In this document: in pieces, positions 25,878 through 33,806 of the stretch
How the letters are laid out: each line of letters opens with the position of its first letter
How positions within the stretch are numbered: position 1 is the stretch's first letter
Origin: Chloroflexia bacterium
GTDB taxonomy: Bacteria > Chloroflexota > Chloroflexia > QHBQ01 > JAICKM01
Direction of reading: 5' to 3'
Length of the DNA: 35,599 nt
Assembly: GCA_035310405.1 (NCBI GenBank)
Contig: DATGEF010000470.1
Span: 1-35,599 of the forward strand
The notes under the pieces: model-generated
Seen by the model: only the letters and a program-made list of their open reading frames with translations
Told to the model about the DNA's origin: nothing
The model's database searches: none
Program-made: the position numbers and the translations under genes

Positions 25878-27061
25878 GCGGGCGGCGGGGTGACCGGCTG
25901 ATCTTCGCCGGGCTGATCCTGGCCCTGTTTCTCGTCGCGGTGGTGTCTTTCCTGAGCACCTCGGCCCGCGAGGGGCAGGCCGACTTACAGGGCAGCAGCC
26001 TGAGCCCGGCCCCGCCGGGCGCGCTGGCCCTCTATCTCTGGCTGGCCGATAGCGGCTACCCCGTGCAGCGCATCCAGGGCGCCACACGGCTAGCCGACGC
26101 CCTGCGCGATACGGATGTGTTGTTTGTGCTCAATCCGCAGAGTGGCTTCAGCGCCACGCAGATCGCCGATCTGGACGCCTGGATGAATGAAGGGGGGGTG
26201 CTGGTGCTGACCATTGAGGGCACCCAGGCCGCCCTCAACCCCCTGCTGGATCACCTGGGCGCCAGCCTCACGCCGCTACTCCCGCCGATCGCGGGCGCCC
26301 TGCCGCCCACCCAACCCCTCTGGACCCAGCCGCCGGTGCGGCAGGTGGGCGTGCAAACCTCCTGGCAGCTCGACCTGACCGGGGCCACGGCCGTGCCCCT
26401 GCTGGGCGTGGCCACGGGGCCGCTGGCGATTGTGCAGCCGCGGGGCCAGGGCCGGCTGGTGCTCCTCTCGACGAACTGGCCGTTCACCAATGCCGGCCTC
26501 GGCGAATATGATAATCGCTGGCTGGCCTGGAACCTGGCGGGATCCGGCCTGGGGCGCCGGGTGGCTTTCGATGAAATCCATCACGGCTACACCGGCGGCG
26601 ACCTGCGGGACCTAGTGTTGCGCAGCGCGTGGGGCTGGGCCCTGATCTACGGGGGGGGGCTGGTGGTGCTCGGCTTATTGTTTAGCAGCCGGCGCCTGGG
26701 CCCGCCGCTGGTCCCGCGGGCGGCCGGGGCGCGGCGCGGCGCCGGCGAGTACATGACGGCCATGGCCGGCCTCTTCAGCCGGGCGGGCCGGACCGATTGG
26801 GTAGCCGATCGCTATCGGGCCGAATTGCGCCGTGCCCTGGCCGCGCCCTATGGCCTGGAAGCCGGCGGCCCGGCCGCGACCCTGGCCGCCGGCTTTGCGG
26901 CCGCCCACCACCACCCAATCGACGTGGCCGAGCTGACCACGCTGCTAGTCGAGCTCGACACGGCGGCCACGCCGGGCCCCCAGGGCCGCCCGGTGCTCGG
27001 CGACGCGGCCCTCTTGCGCCTGATCCGGCGCGCCGAAACCTTCCGCACGGATGCTCTTTAG
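25874..27061 (+). CDS. DUF4350 domain-containing protein
   Basis: N-terminal TM, the segment ...PGALALYLWLADSGYPV...DVLFVLNP...WMNEGGVLVLT...RVAFDEIHHGY, and a second TM. GTGA overlaps the DUF4129 gene. Confidence 0.75.
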   Translation: MSGRRGDRLIFAGLILALFLVAVVSFLSTSAREGQADLQGSSLSPAPPGALALYLWLADSGYPVQRIQGATRLADALRDTDVLFVLNPQSGFSATQIADLDAWMNEGGVLVLTIEGTQAALNPLLDHLGASLTPLLPPIAGALPPTQPLWTQPPVRQVGVQTSWQLDLTGATAVPLLGVATGPLAIVQPRGQGRLVLLSTNWPFTNAGLGEYDNRWLAWNLAGSGLGRRVAFDEIHHGYTGGDLRDLVLRSAWGWALIYGGGLVVLGLLFSSRRLGPPLVPRAAGARRGAGEYMTAMAGLFSRAGRTDWVADRYRAELRRALAAPYGLEAGGPAATLAAGFAAAHHHPIDVAELTTLLVELDTAATPGPQGRPVLGDAALLRLIRRAETFRTDAL

Positions 27062-27083
27062 CGCCGCTACCCAGGAGGACTAG

Positions 27084-28031
27084 ATGACTGTTGCCGAGTT
27101 ATACGCGGCCATTGACCGCGAGCGCCGCAAGGTGATCGTCGGGCAGGATGCGACGTTTGAGCTGCTCGTGGTGGCGCTCCTGGCGGGGGGGCATGTGCTG
27201 CTCGAAGGCGTGCCGGGGATCGCCAAAACCTTGATGGCGAAAACCCTGGCCGCCACCGTGAGTGGCGAGTTTAAGCGGGTGCAATTCACCCCCGACCTGA
27301 TGCCGGCGGATATTGTCGGCACGAACATCTTCGATCTGCCTACCGGCCGCTTCGCGCTGCATGTCGGCCCGATTTTCGCGAATATCGTCCTGGGCGACGA
27401 GATCAACCGGGCGCCAGCGAAGACGCAGTCGGCCCTGCTCGAGGCCATGGAGGAGCGGCGGGTGACGATCGACGGCGTGCCACACGATCTCCCCCGGCCG
27501 TTCCTGGTGCTGGCGACCCAGAACCCGATTGAGTATGAAGGAACCTACCCCTTGCCGGAGTCCCAGCTCGACCGCTTCCTGTTCAAATTGCTGGTCAGCT
27601 ACCCGAGCACCGCGGATGAGACCCAGTTGCTGCGCAACTACAACGCCGGCTTTGACCCGCACGACCTGGCCCGCGCCGGCGTCCTGGCGGTGGCGAACCC
27701 GGCGTCGCTGGCGGCCGCGCGCCAGGAAGCCGCCGCGGTACGCGCCGACGAGGCCCACCTGGCCTATATCACGGCGATCGCCGAGGCCAGCCGGCGGGCG
27801 CCGGATCTGCTGCTGGGGGGCAGTCCCCGGGCGTCCGTGGCCCTGCTGACCGCCGCGAAAGTCTATGCCGCGCTGCAAGGGCGGGAGTACCTGGTGCCCG
27901 ACGACATCAAGAGTCTGGTCCCCCCCATCTACCGCCACCGGATTATCCTCAAGCCCGAGGCCGAGATCGAGGGGCTGACGGCCGATCGCGCCATCGAGCG
28001 CATCCTGGGGCGGGTGCCCGTGCCGCGCTAA
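27084..28031 (+). CDS. MoxR-family AAA+ ATPase
   Basis: Walker [11 protein letters not shown], Walker [31 protein letters not shown] and GGSPRAS. AGGAGG lies 7 nt upstream. Confidence 0.93.
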   Translation: MTVAELYAAIDRERRKVIVGQDATFELLVVALLAGGHVLLEGVPGIAKTLMAKTLAATVSGEFKRVQFTPDLMPADIVGTNIFDLPTGRFALHVGPIFANIVLGDEINRAPAKTQSALLEAMEERRVTIDGVPHDLPRPFLVLATQNPIEYEGTYPLPESQLDRFLFKLLVSYPSTADETQLLRNYNAGFDPHDLARAGVLAVANPASLAAARQEAAAVRADEAHLAYITAIAEASRRAPDLLLGGSPRASVALLTAAKVYAALQGREYLVPDDIKSLVPPIYRHRIILKPEAEIEGLTADRAIERILGRVPVPR

Positions 28032-28165
28032 AATTGACGGGAAAGTGACCATCCGATCTTGAACCAGGGGCGGGCAGGGGTTGTATTTATTATAGAGTAG
28101 GCGGAAAGGCTCTATTGAGTCGCTCCCCTCCCCCTATTACAGGTCGGCGCGGCAGCCCGTGTTTG

Positions 28166-28195
28166 TTGCCAAACCAGACCCGCTTGTGGTAAGAT
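28166..28195 (+). promoter_or_regulatory. Promoter TTGCCA-18-TGgTAAGAT
   Basis: -35 lies at 28166-28171 and -10 at 28190-28195 with an extended TGg. This leaves a ~280-nt leader before the SBP start. Confidence 0.5.
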
Positions 28196-28476
28196 AGGGG
28201 GCGCCTGGACCAACCGGGCGGCTTGATGTATTGCTGATGGCACGCATCAATTAGTAAAGGAGGTGGTCGTCCACGCGCCCCGGGCATTGCGGCTGACCCG
28301 CCGTCGCGCCCCGATTTGCGCCTGGAGCTTCTTACTACCAGGTCCTGGGTGCTTTTCGCGTTGGCACCCGGCCCTTCTAGCCGGTCCAGCGTTTGTGCCG
28401 GCTGATGGGGACCAGCCAGGGTCCCCTTACCTTTCGGATTTGCAACGCAATCCACAGTAGCAGGAGGAGAACCTTG

Positions 28477-30918
28477 ATGAATAAAAGCGGATACGGACGT
28501 ATCCTGGTCTATGCGGCGACGATTGCTGCATTGGCCGTGACCGTCTTTCCGAGGGCGTCTGCGGCGGCTCCGGCCCAGCAGGGGCGCACCCGGCACTTCA
28601 GCGAAACCAACCAGGATGTTTCCGGCCGGTTCCTGGATGTGTGGGAGAGTGGGCGCCCGTTCGCGGATAGCCTGTATATCAACGGCTTGCCGCTGAGCGA
28701 CCGCCATGCCGAGACGTCGCTGACCGACGGCAAGATCTACCAGACGCAGTGGTTTGAGCGCGCCCGCTTCGAGGCGCACCCCGAGAACCAGCAGCCGTAC
28801 GACGTGCTGTTGGGGCTGCTCGGCGTGTTCGCCGCGGAAGGCCGCAAGGACCAGCCGTTCAAGGCGATCGACAACCCCAACGACGGCTCACGCTGGTTCC
28901 CCGAGACCAAGCACTCGGTGGGCGACAGCAGCACCGGCGGCAAGGCGATCGCCAGCTTCTGGACCCAGAAGGGCGGCATCGCCCAGTTCGGTTTCCCGCT
29001 GAGCCAGCCGTTCCAGGAAGTGACCCGCGAGACCGATCCGAAGGTCGCGGGCAAGAGCTTCCTGGTGCAGTATTTTGAGCGCCAGCGGTTCGAGTATCAC
29101 CCCGAGAATGCCGGCACGCCGTTCGAAGTGCTGCTGGGCCGCCTGGGCGCTGAGCAGCAGCACCAGGTTCAGGTGAACGATCCGATCGTCGCCAAGGGCA
29201 ATAACCCCGTCGATACCTTCCGCATCGGCCGCGGCCAGGACCCGGGTACCTTGATCCCGATCGAGGATAGCACGCTCATCGGCAGCAACATCCGCAACTT
29301 CGTCTATAACGGCCTGACCAAGCGCGATAAGGACCAGAATGTGCTGCCCGACCTGGCGGCGTATGTGCCGACCCTGGATAACGGCGGCGCCTACTACGTG
29401 GGCACGGGCGATGACAAGCACATGGTCGTGAAGTACAAGCTGAAGCGCGGGATCAAGTGGTTCGACGGGCAGGAGTTTACCTCGAACGACGTGATCTTCA
29501 CCTATAAGCTCACGCTGGACTCGAACTTCCCGGCCGCCGGGCGCCAGAGCGCGCAGTACTTCTCCAGCATCGACAACCCCGATGCCTACACGTTGATCTT
29601 CAACTACCTGACCTGGAAGGAAGCCGCGGCCCTGATCGGGCGCGATAAGGACACCTATGGCTTCCTGCAGGCCTTCGTGGACCAGAAGATCCCGGTGATC
29701 ACCCCGCTGTACAACGAGCTCCTCGGCCCCATCGTGCCGGAGCATGCGCTCAAGAATATCGCTCCTGGCGATATTGACAAGAGCGATTACTCGACATCTA
29801 TCTGGGGCACCGGCCCGTATCACGTCACCAAGTTCCAGACCGGCCAGACGATCGAAATGGACGTGAACCCGAACTACAACGTCACGGGCAATACGCCGTC
29901 CTTCGCCCACATCAGCTGGCCGCTCTTCTCGGACAACAAGCAGCTCCCCGTCGGCATCGCGACCGGTAACCTCGACGCGGTTACGTCGGAGAGCATCACG
30001 CCCGACCTGATTACGTCCATTCAGAGTACTGTCGAAGCGGCGGGCAAGGGCAAGCTGCTCAACCGCGGCGGCTACAGCTACGAGCATGTCGACTTCAACA
30101 CGCAAAAAGCCCCGTTCGACGACGTGCGCGTGCGCCAGGCGGTGGCTTACTCCCTGGATCGCGATGCGATCAACAAAGCCATCTTCGGCGGCCAGCTGAC
30201 CATCATGAGCAGCTGGATCCCCCCCAGCCACTGGGCATCCGCCGAGAACCCGGACAATATCGCCAAGCACAGCGACCTGACCAGCCAGATCGTCAAGTAC
30301 AACTACGATCCCGCCAAGGCCAACGCCCTGCTGGATGCGGCTGGGTGGACCATGAACGCGGCGACCGGTATTCGCGAGAAGAACGGCAAGCCGCTCAAAA
30401 TCAACTGGCTGACGACGACCAAGGCCTACCGTAAGCTCATCGCCACGGCGCAGCAGCAGTACCTGAAGGCCGTCGGCATCGACTCCACGCCTGATCCCAA
30501 GCCGGCGGGCCAGGTCTTCGCCAACCCGCCCGACGGCCCGCTGTACAGCGGGAGCTACGGCGACTTCGGCGTTGTCGAGTTCGCCTGGCAGTTCCTCACG
30601 GACGAGCTGGACCCGACCGGTCTCTTCGACACCACGCAGATCCCGTCCGCGGCGAACCAGAACTCGGGCGGCAACGATCTGTTCTGGAGCAATGCGGACA
30701 GCGATAAGTGGTCCCGCCTGACCCAGACCCAGATCGGCCACACCACCGACCGGCTCACGTCCTACCTGCAGCAGCAGATCATCTTCACCAAGGAACTGCC
30801 GTCGCTGCCGTTCTTCGGGCTGCCGTCGCTGTTCATCATCCGCAACGGCGTCACGAACTTCCGGGCGACCCCGGGCGGTATCCTGGTGGATCCGCAGGAG
30901 TGGTACCTGAGTAAGTAA
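28477..30918 (+). CDS. ABC transporter substrate-binding protein, family 5 (Opp/Dpp/Nik type), with a ~230-aa N-terminal double-repeat extension
   Basis: ATG 28477 has AGGAGG upstream, and the signal peptide has no lipobox. Two ~95-aa repeats end in QTQWFERARFEAHPENQQPYDVLLGLLG and FLVQYFERQRFEYHPENAGTPFEVLLGRLG. An SBP_bac_5-like body follows (LTKRDKDQNVLPDLA, IKWFDGQEFTSNDVIFTY, WGTGPYHV, YSYEHVDFN). Confidence 0.88.
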   Translation: MNKSGYGRILVYAATIAALAVTVFPRASAAAPAQQGRTRHFSETNQDVSGRFLDVWESGRPFADSLYINGLPLSDRHAETSLTDGKIYQTQWFERARFEAHPENQQPYDVLLGLLGVFAAEGRKDQPFKAIDNPNDGSRWFPETKHSVGDSSTGGKAIASFWTQKGGIAQFGFPLSQPFQEVTRETDPKVAGKSFLVQYFERQRFEYHPENAGTPFEVLLGRLGAEQQHQVQVNDPIVAKGNNPVDTFRIGRGQDPGTLIPIEDSTLIGSNIRNFVYNGLTKRDKDQNVLPDLAAYVPTLDNGGAYYVGTGDDKHMVVKYKLKRGIKWFDGQEFTSNDVIFTYKLTLDSNFPAAGRQSAQYFSSIDNPDAYTLIFNYLTWKEAAALIGRDKDTYGFLQAFVDQKIPVITPLYNELLGPIVPEHALKNIAPGDIDKSDYSTSIWGTGPYHVTKFQTGQTIEMDVNPNYNVTGNTPSFAHISWPLFSDNKQLPVGIATGNLDAVTSESITPDLITSIQSTVEAAGKGKLLNRGGYSYEHVDFNTQKAPFDDVRVRQAVAYSLDRDAINKAIFGGQLTIMSSWIPPSHWASAENPDNIAKHSDLTSQIVKYNYDPAKANALLDAAGWTMNAATGIREKNGKPLKINWLTTTKAYRKLIATAQQQYLKAVGIDSTPDPKPAGQVFANPPDGPLYSGSYGDFGVVEFAWQFLTDELDPTGLFDTTQIPSAANQNSGGNDLFWSNADSDKWSRLTQTQIGHTTDRLTSYLQQQIIFTKELPSLPFFGLPSLFIIRNGVTNFRATPGGILVDPQEWYLSK

Positions 30919-30961
30919 GCGGCTAACGAGGCGCGCAACGGCGCGCTCCGGCAGCCCTAGT

Positions 30962-31001
30962 GGATCGGCTCGCCTTCGGGCGGGCCGATCCTTTTTGTGT
31001 T
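30962..31001 (+). terminator. Intrinsic terminator of the SBP gene
   Basis: A 13-bp stem pairs GGATCGGCTCGCC with GGCGGGCCGATCC (one G-U). The loop is TTCG and TTTTTGTGTT follows. Confidence 0.8.
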
Positions 31002-31109
31002 GCCGGGGGCCCGGGCCCCCTGATCGCCGGGCCTGAGGACCGCGCCCTCGGGGGTCGGCCCCCGGCCCGCCGCCGGGGGCCCCGCCCCTACAGGCCATTC
31101 TCCCGGACT

Positions 31110-31489
31110 GTAGGAGCGGGCTCCGTCCCGCGCGAACATAAGCCGCCGAGGGTGACTCGGCCGGGGTAGGAGCGGGTCTCCGACCCGCTTGGTCGGCAAC
31201 GTGCGGGTCGGTGCCGGGGCCTCTGGGGGGCTTGGGCGGCCCGTCAACAGGCGGGTCTGAGACCCGCCCCTACTCCCACTAGCGCGCCAGAGGACGAGCC
31301 CGGTCTTAAGTGCGCGCGGATGGGAGCTGGCTCCGTCCCGCGATGTCGCTCCAGGATGTGCTTGCCCCCCTGCCGGATCGCTGGGGGGCGCCAGAAGACG
31401 AGGGGCTTGGGTCAGGGATCCGCATGCAGCGTGCCGCATGCCGCACTGGGCGCGCCCCCACCATCGTGAGACCGCGCGCCCGCTCCTAC
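31110..31489. repeat. Cluster of about 5 REP-like hairpin elements, core GTAGGAGCGGG(C/T)CTCCG(T/A)CCCGC, in both orientations
   Basis: The copies are at 31110-31131 (+), 31166-31188 (+), 31251-31276 (reverse), 31321-31342 (+, 2 mismatches) and 31474-31489 (reverse, partial). Confidence 0.8.
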
Positions 31490-31567
31490 CGGCGCGGGCC
31501 GGCAGGGGTGTAGTACCTGCCTGCAGCAGGATGTAGTAGCGGCCTGGAGCGCAGGGACATCTATTCC

Positions 31568-31624
31568 GGCCATAAACAAGGGCGGGCCCGGAAGTCGCTC
31601 CGGGGCCCGCCCTTGTTTATGGCC
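31568..31624. repeat. Perfect 22-bp inverted repeat (long hairpin) 26 nt downstream of the minus-strand permease operon
   Basis: GGCCATAAACAAGGGCGGGCCC (31568-31589) pairs with GGGCCCGCCCTTGTTTATGGCC (31603-31624) around a 13-nt loop. No clear U-tract on either strand. Confidence 0.85.
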
Positions 31625-31649
31625 AACTGCTGGCTGCTGTGGCTCGCGC

Positions 31650-32549
31650 TTACATCTTCAGGCGGGGATCCAGCGCGTCGCGCAGGGCGTCGCCCATGAA
31701 GTTGATCGATACGACGGTGATGAGGATCAGCAGGCCGGGATAAAAGGCCAAGAGGGGGTGCTGGAGGAAGTAGTTGTTGACGTCGGAGAGCATATTGCCC
31801 CAGGTGGCTCGCGGTGTCTTTATCCCGTAGCCGAGGAAGCTGAGCGCCGACTCGCTGATGATGAAATCGCCGACGGCCAGGGTCGCGGCGACAATGATCG
31901 GCGCGAGCGAGTTGGGCAGCATATGGTTGAACATGATCCGCGAATTGGAGGCGCCCAGCGCGCGGGTGGCTTCGACAAAATCGAGGTTGCGCAGCGAGAG
32001 GATCTGGCCGCGGACCAGCCGGCAAATGCCGAGCCAGCCGAACACGCTGAGCACAATCACGATCGTCGTGAACGAGTCCAGGTACTGGCTCAGCATCTGC
32101 GAGAGCACCAGCAGCAAGGGGAAGAACGGGATGGCGAGCAGCAGATCGACAATGCGCATCAGGAGGGTATCGATCCAGCCCCCGAAATAGCCGGCGATCA
32201 TGCCGACGAGTGTGCCGATCACGATCACGATGGCCGTGCAGGCGATGCCGACGCTGAGCGAGATCTGGCCGGCAAAGAGCAGGCGGGTCAGGAGGTCGCG
32301 GCCGAGGTCATCGGTGCCCAGCCAGTGCTGCGCACTCGCCGGGGCAAAGGTCTGCGTCAGGTCCAACGTATCCGGCTTGTAGGGCATGAAGAGTGGCGCG
32401 GTCACGCACAGCAGCGTGAGCACGATCAGGGTGAACAGGCCCATCAGCGCCAGCTTGTGCTTGCGGAAACGGCGCCAGGTGACGGTGAGCTGACCGGGTT
32501 CAGCCGGCGCTAATCGGTCAGCATCGAGGGTCGTACTGGTCGTAGCCAT
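31650..32549 (-). CDS. ABC transporter permease (OppC/DppC type)
   Basis: WRRFRKHKLALMGLFTLIVL, HWLGTDDLGRDLLTRLLFAGQISL and the EAA-loop region VEATRALGASNSRIMFNHMLPN. Confidence 0.9.
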   Translation of the reverse strand: MATTSTTLDADRLAPAEPGQLTVTWRRFRKHKLALMGLFTLIVLTLLCVTAPLFMPYKPDTLDLTQTFAPASAQHWLGTDDLGRDLLTRLLFAGQISLSVGIACTAIVIVIGTLVGMIAGYFGGWIDTLLMRIVDLLLAIPFFPLLLVLSQMLSQYLDSFTTIVIVLSVFGWLGICRLVRGQILSLRNLDFVEATRALGASNSRIMFNHMLPNSLAPIIVAATLAVGDFIISESALSFLGYGIKTPRATWGNMLSDVNNYFLQHPLLAFYPGLLILITVVSINFMGDALRDALDPRLKM

Positions 32550-32572
32550 GATTATGGGCTCCTTTCAACCGC

Positions 32573-33628
32573 TTACGAATAGCGGATCCGCGGATCGGCG
32601 ACCGCATAGAGGACATCGGCCAGGATGTTGGCCGAGATAATCAGGACGCTGGAGATCAACAGGAAAGCCATGACGATGGGCCAATCATAGGCGCCCAGCG
32701 CGTTGTAGAAGAGCGATCCCATCCCCGGATAGGAGAAGATACTCTCGGTGATGATGGCCCCGCCAAAGAGGCCAGGGATCGACAGGCTAATCACCGTGAT
32801 CAGCGGGATCAGCGCATTGCGTAGCGCGTGCCGGAGGATCACGATGCGCTGCTTGAGCCCTTTGGCCCAGGCCGTGCGCACATAGTCGAGCCGCAGCACT
32901 TCCAGCATGCTGCTGCGCAGGAACCGGCTCCACCCCGCGACCTGGATCAGGCTGAGCACGGTGACCGGCATGACCAGGTGCAGGAGCCGGTTCGGGATGT
33001 CACTCTCCATCCCCGGATCAAACGCCAGCGAGGGTGGTAGGTGGGGCCAGCCCCATTGCTGAAAATAATAGGCGAACAGGATAATCAGCATCCAGCCGAA
33101 CCAGAAGGTGGGCATCGAGATACCGAAGAAGGTGAGCAGGGTAATAGAGTAATCGAGTCGCGAGTACTGCTTAACGGCCGAGATGATCCCCACCGGCAAC
33201 GCGATGATCAACGAGACGATCAGCGACGTCACCATCAAAATCAGAGTGAAGGGGAGGCGCTCGCCGATCAAGTCCGTCACGCCCTGGCCCGTCGCATAGG
33301 TGATCGAGCGGCCGGTGTCCCCGGTCAGGAGGCCCGCGCCGAAGATGCGCACCCCGGCGATGGTCACGTCGATGCCGCCCTTTTTGCCGGGAGTGAAGAG
33401 CCAGTTAAAGTAACGGGAGTACCAGGGGTAGGGGTGACCCTGTAGATCGTTGATGCCCATCAGGTACCCCAGCCGGTTGACTTGGCCGGGCGAAATCTTG
33501 GCGCCGGGCGCGCGAAACCCGGTCAGCGGCCCACCGGGAATGAGCGTAAGCACGAAGTAGATAATCGCTGTCGAGATCACGAGCACCACGACACCCTGGA
33601 TTAACCGCCGGATCAGAAACGCTGTCAT
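32573..33628 (-). CDS. ABC transporter permease (OppB/DppB type)
   Basis: MTAFLIRRLIQGVVVLVISTAIIYFVLTLIPGGP and LDYVRTAWAKGLKQRIVILRHALRNALIPLITV. GAGGAG lies upstream of the ATG. Confidence 0.9.
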   Translation of the reverse strand: MTAFLIRRLIQGVVVLVISTAIIYFVLTLIPGGPLTGFRAPGAKISPGQVNRLGYLMGINDLQGHPYPWYSRYFNWLFTPGKKGGIDVTIAGVRIFGAGLLTGDTGRSITYATGQGVTDLIGERLPFTLILMVTSLIVSLIIALPVGIISAVKQYSRLDYSITLLTFFGISMPTFWFGWMLIILFAYYFQQWGWPHLPPSLAFDPGMESDIPNRLLHLVMPVTVLSLIQVAGWSRFLRSSMLEVLRLDYVRTAWAKGLKQRIVILRHALRNALIPLITVISLSIPGLFGGAIITESIFSYPGMGSLFYNALGAYDWPIVMAFLLISSVLIISANILADVLYAVADPRIRYS

Positions 33629-33697
33629 AAATACTCCTCAACTGCAGTAGGGACTGCGCGACACCTCATACCGGTTACGCTCTCTCTGCGCTCTCTA

Positions 33698-33733
33698 TAG
33701 TATTGCGCGCTGTGATAGTATTGCGCGCTGTGC
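33698..33733. repeat. Perfect tandem duplication 2 x 18 nt (ATAGTATTGCGCGCTGTG)
   Basis: The copies are at 33698-33715 and 33716-33733, about 70-105 nt upstream of the minus-strand permease start. On the minus strand each unit reads CACAGCGCGCAATACTAT, containing a TACTAT -10-like box. Confidence 0.9.
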
Positions 33734-33806
33734 TGGACGCCTTGCGTCAAGCCCTTAAACCAGAGTATAATCCGGCCCCGGGCCCCGCGTCAAGCCCAGC
33801 GCGCCC

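Noticed and set aside
28237-28254. Mini-ORF ATG GCA CGC ATC AAT TAG (MARIN) in the SBP leader as a possible leader peptide
   Set aside because: There is no RBS and no relation to any attenuation logic I can identify. It lies within a simple hairpin and is probably fortuitous.
28888-31098. 736-aa minus-strand ORF antisense to the SBP gene. Similar long antisense ORFs occur at 4992..6218, 6830..8035, 16053..17309, 27099..28052 and 12709..13401.
   Set aside because: These are typical high-GC shadow ORFs. Their composition is Arg/Gly/Ala/Asp-rich with no recognisable motifs, and each lies opposite a CDS with clear family motifs.
30957-31439. 160-aa minus-strand ORF, and 67-69-aa plus-strand ORFs, in the SBP/permease intergenic region
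   Set aside because: They are built from REP-like hairpin repeats. The peptides are Gly/Pro/Arg/Ala-rich and low in complexity, with no start context.
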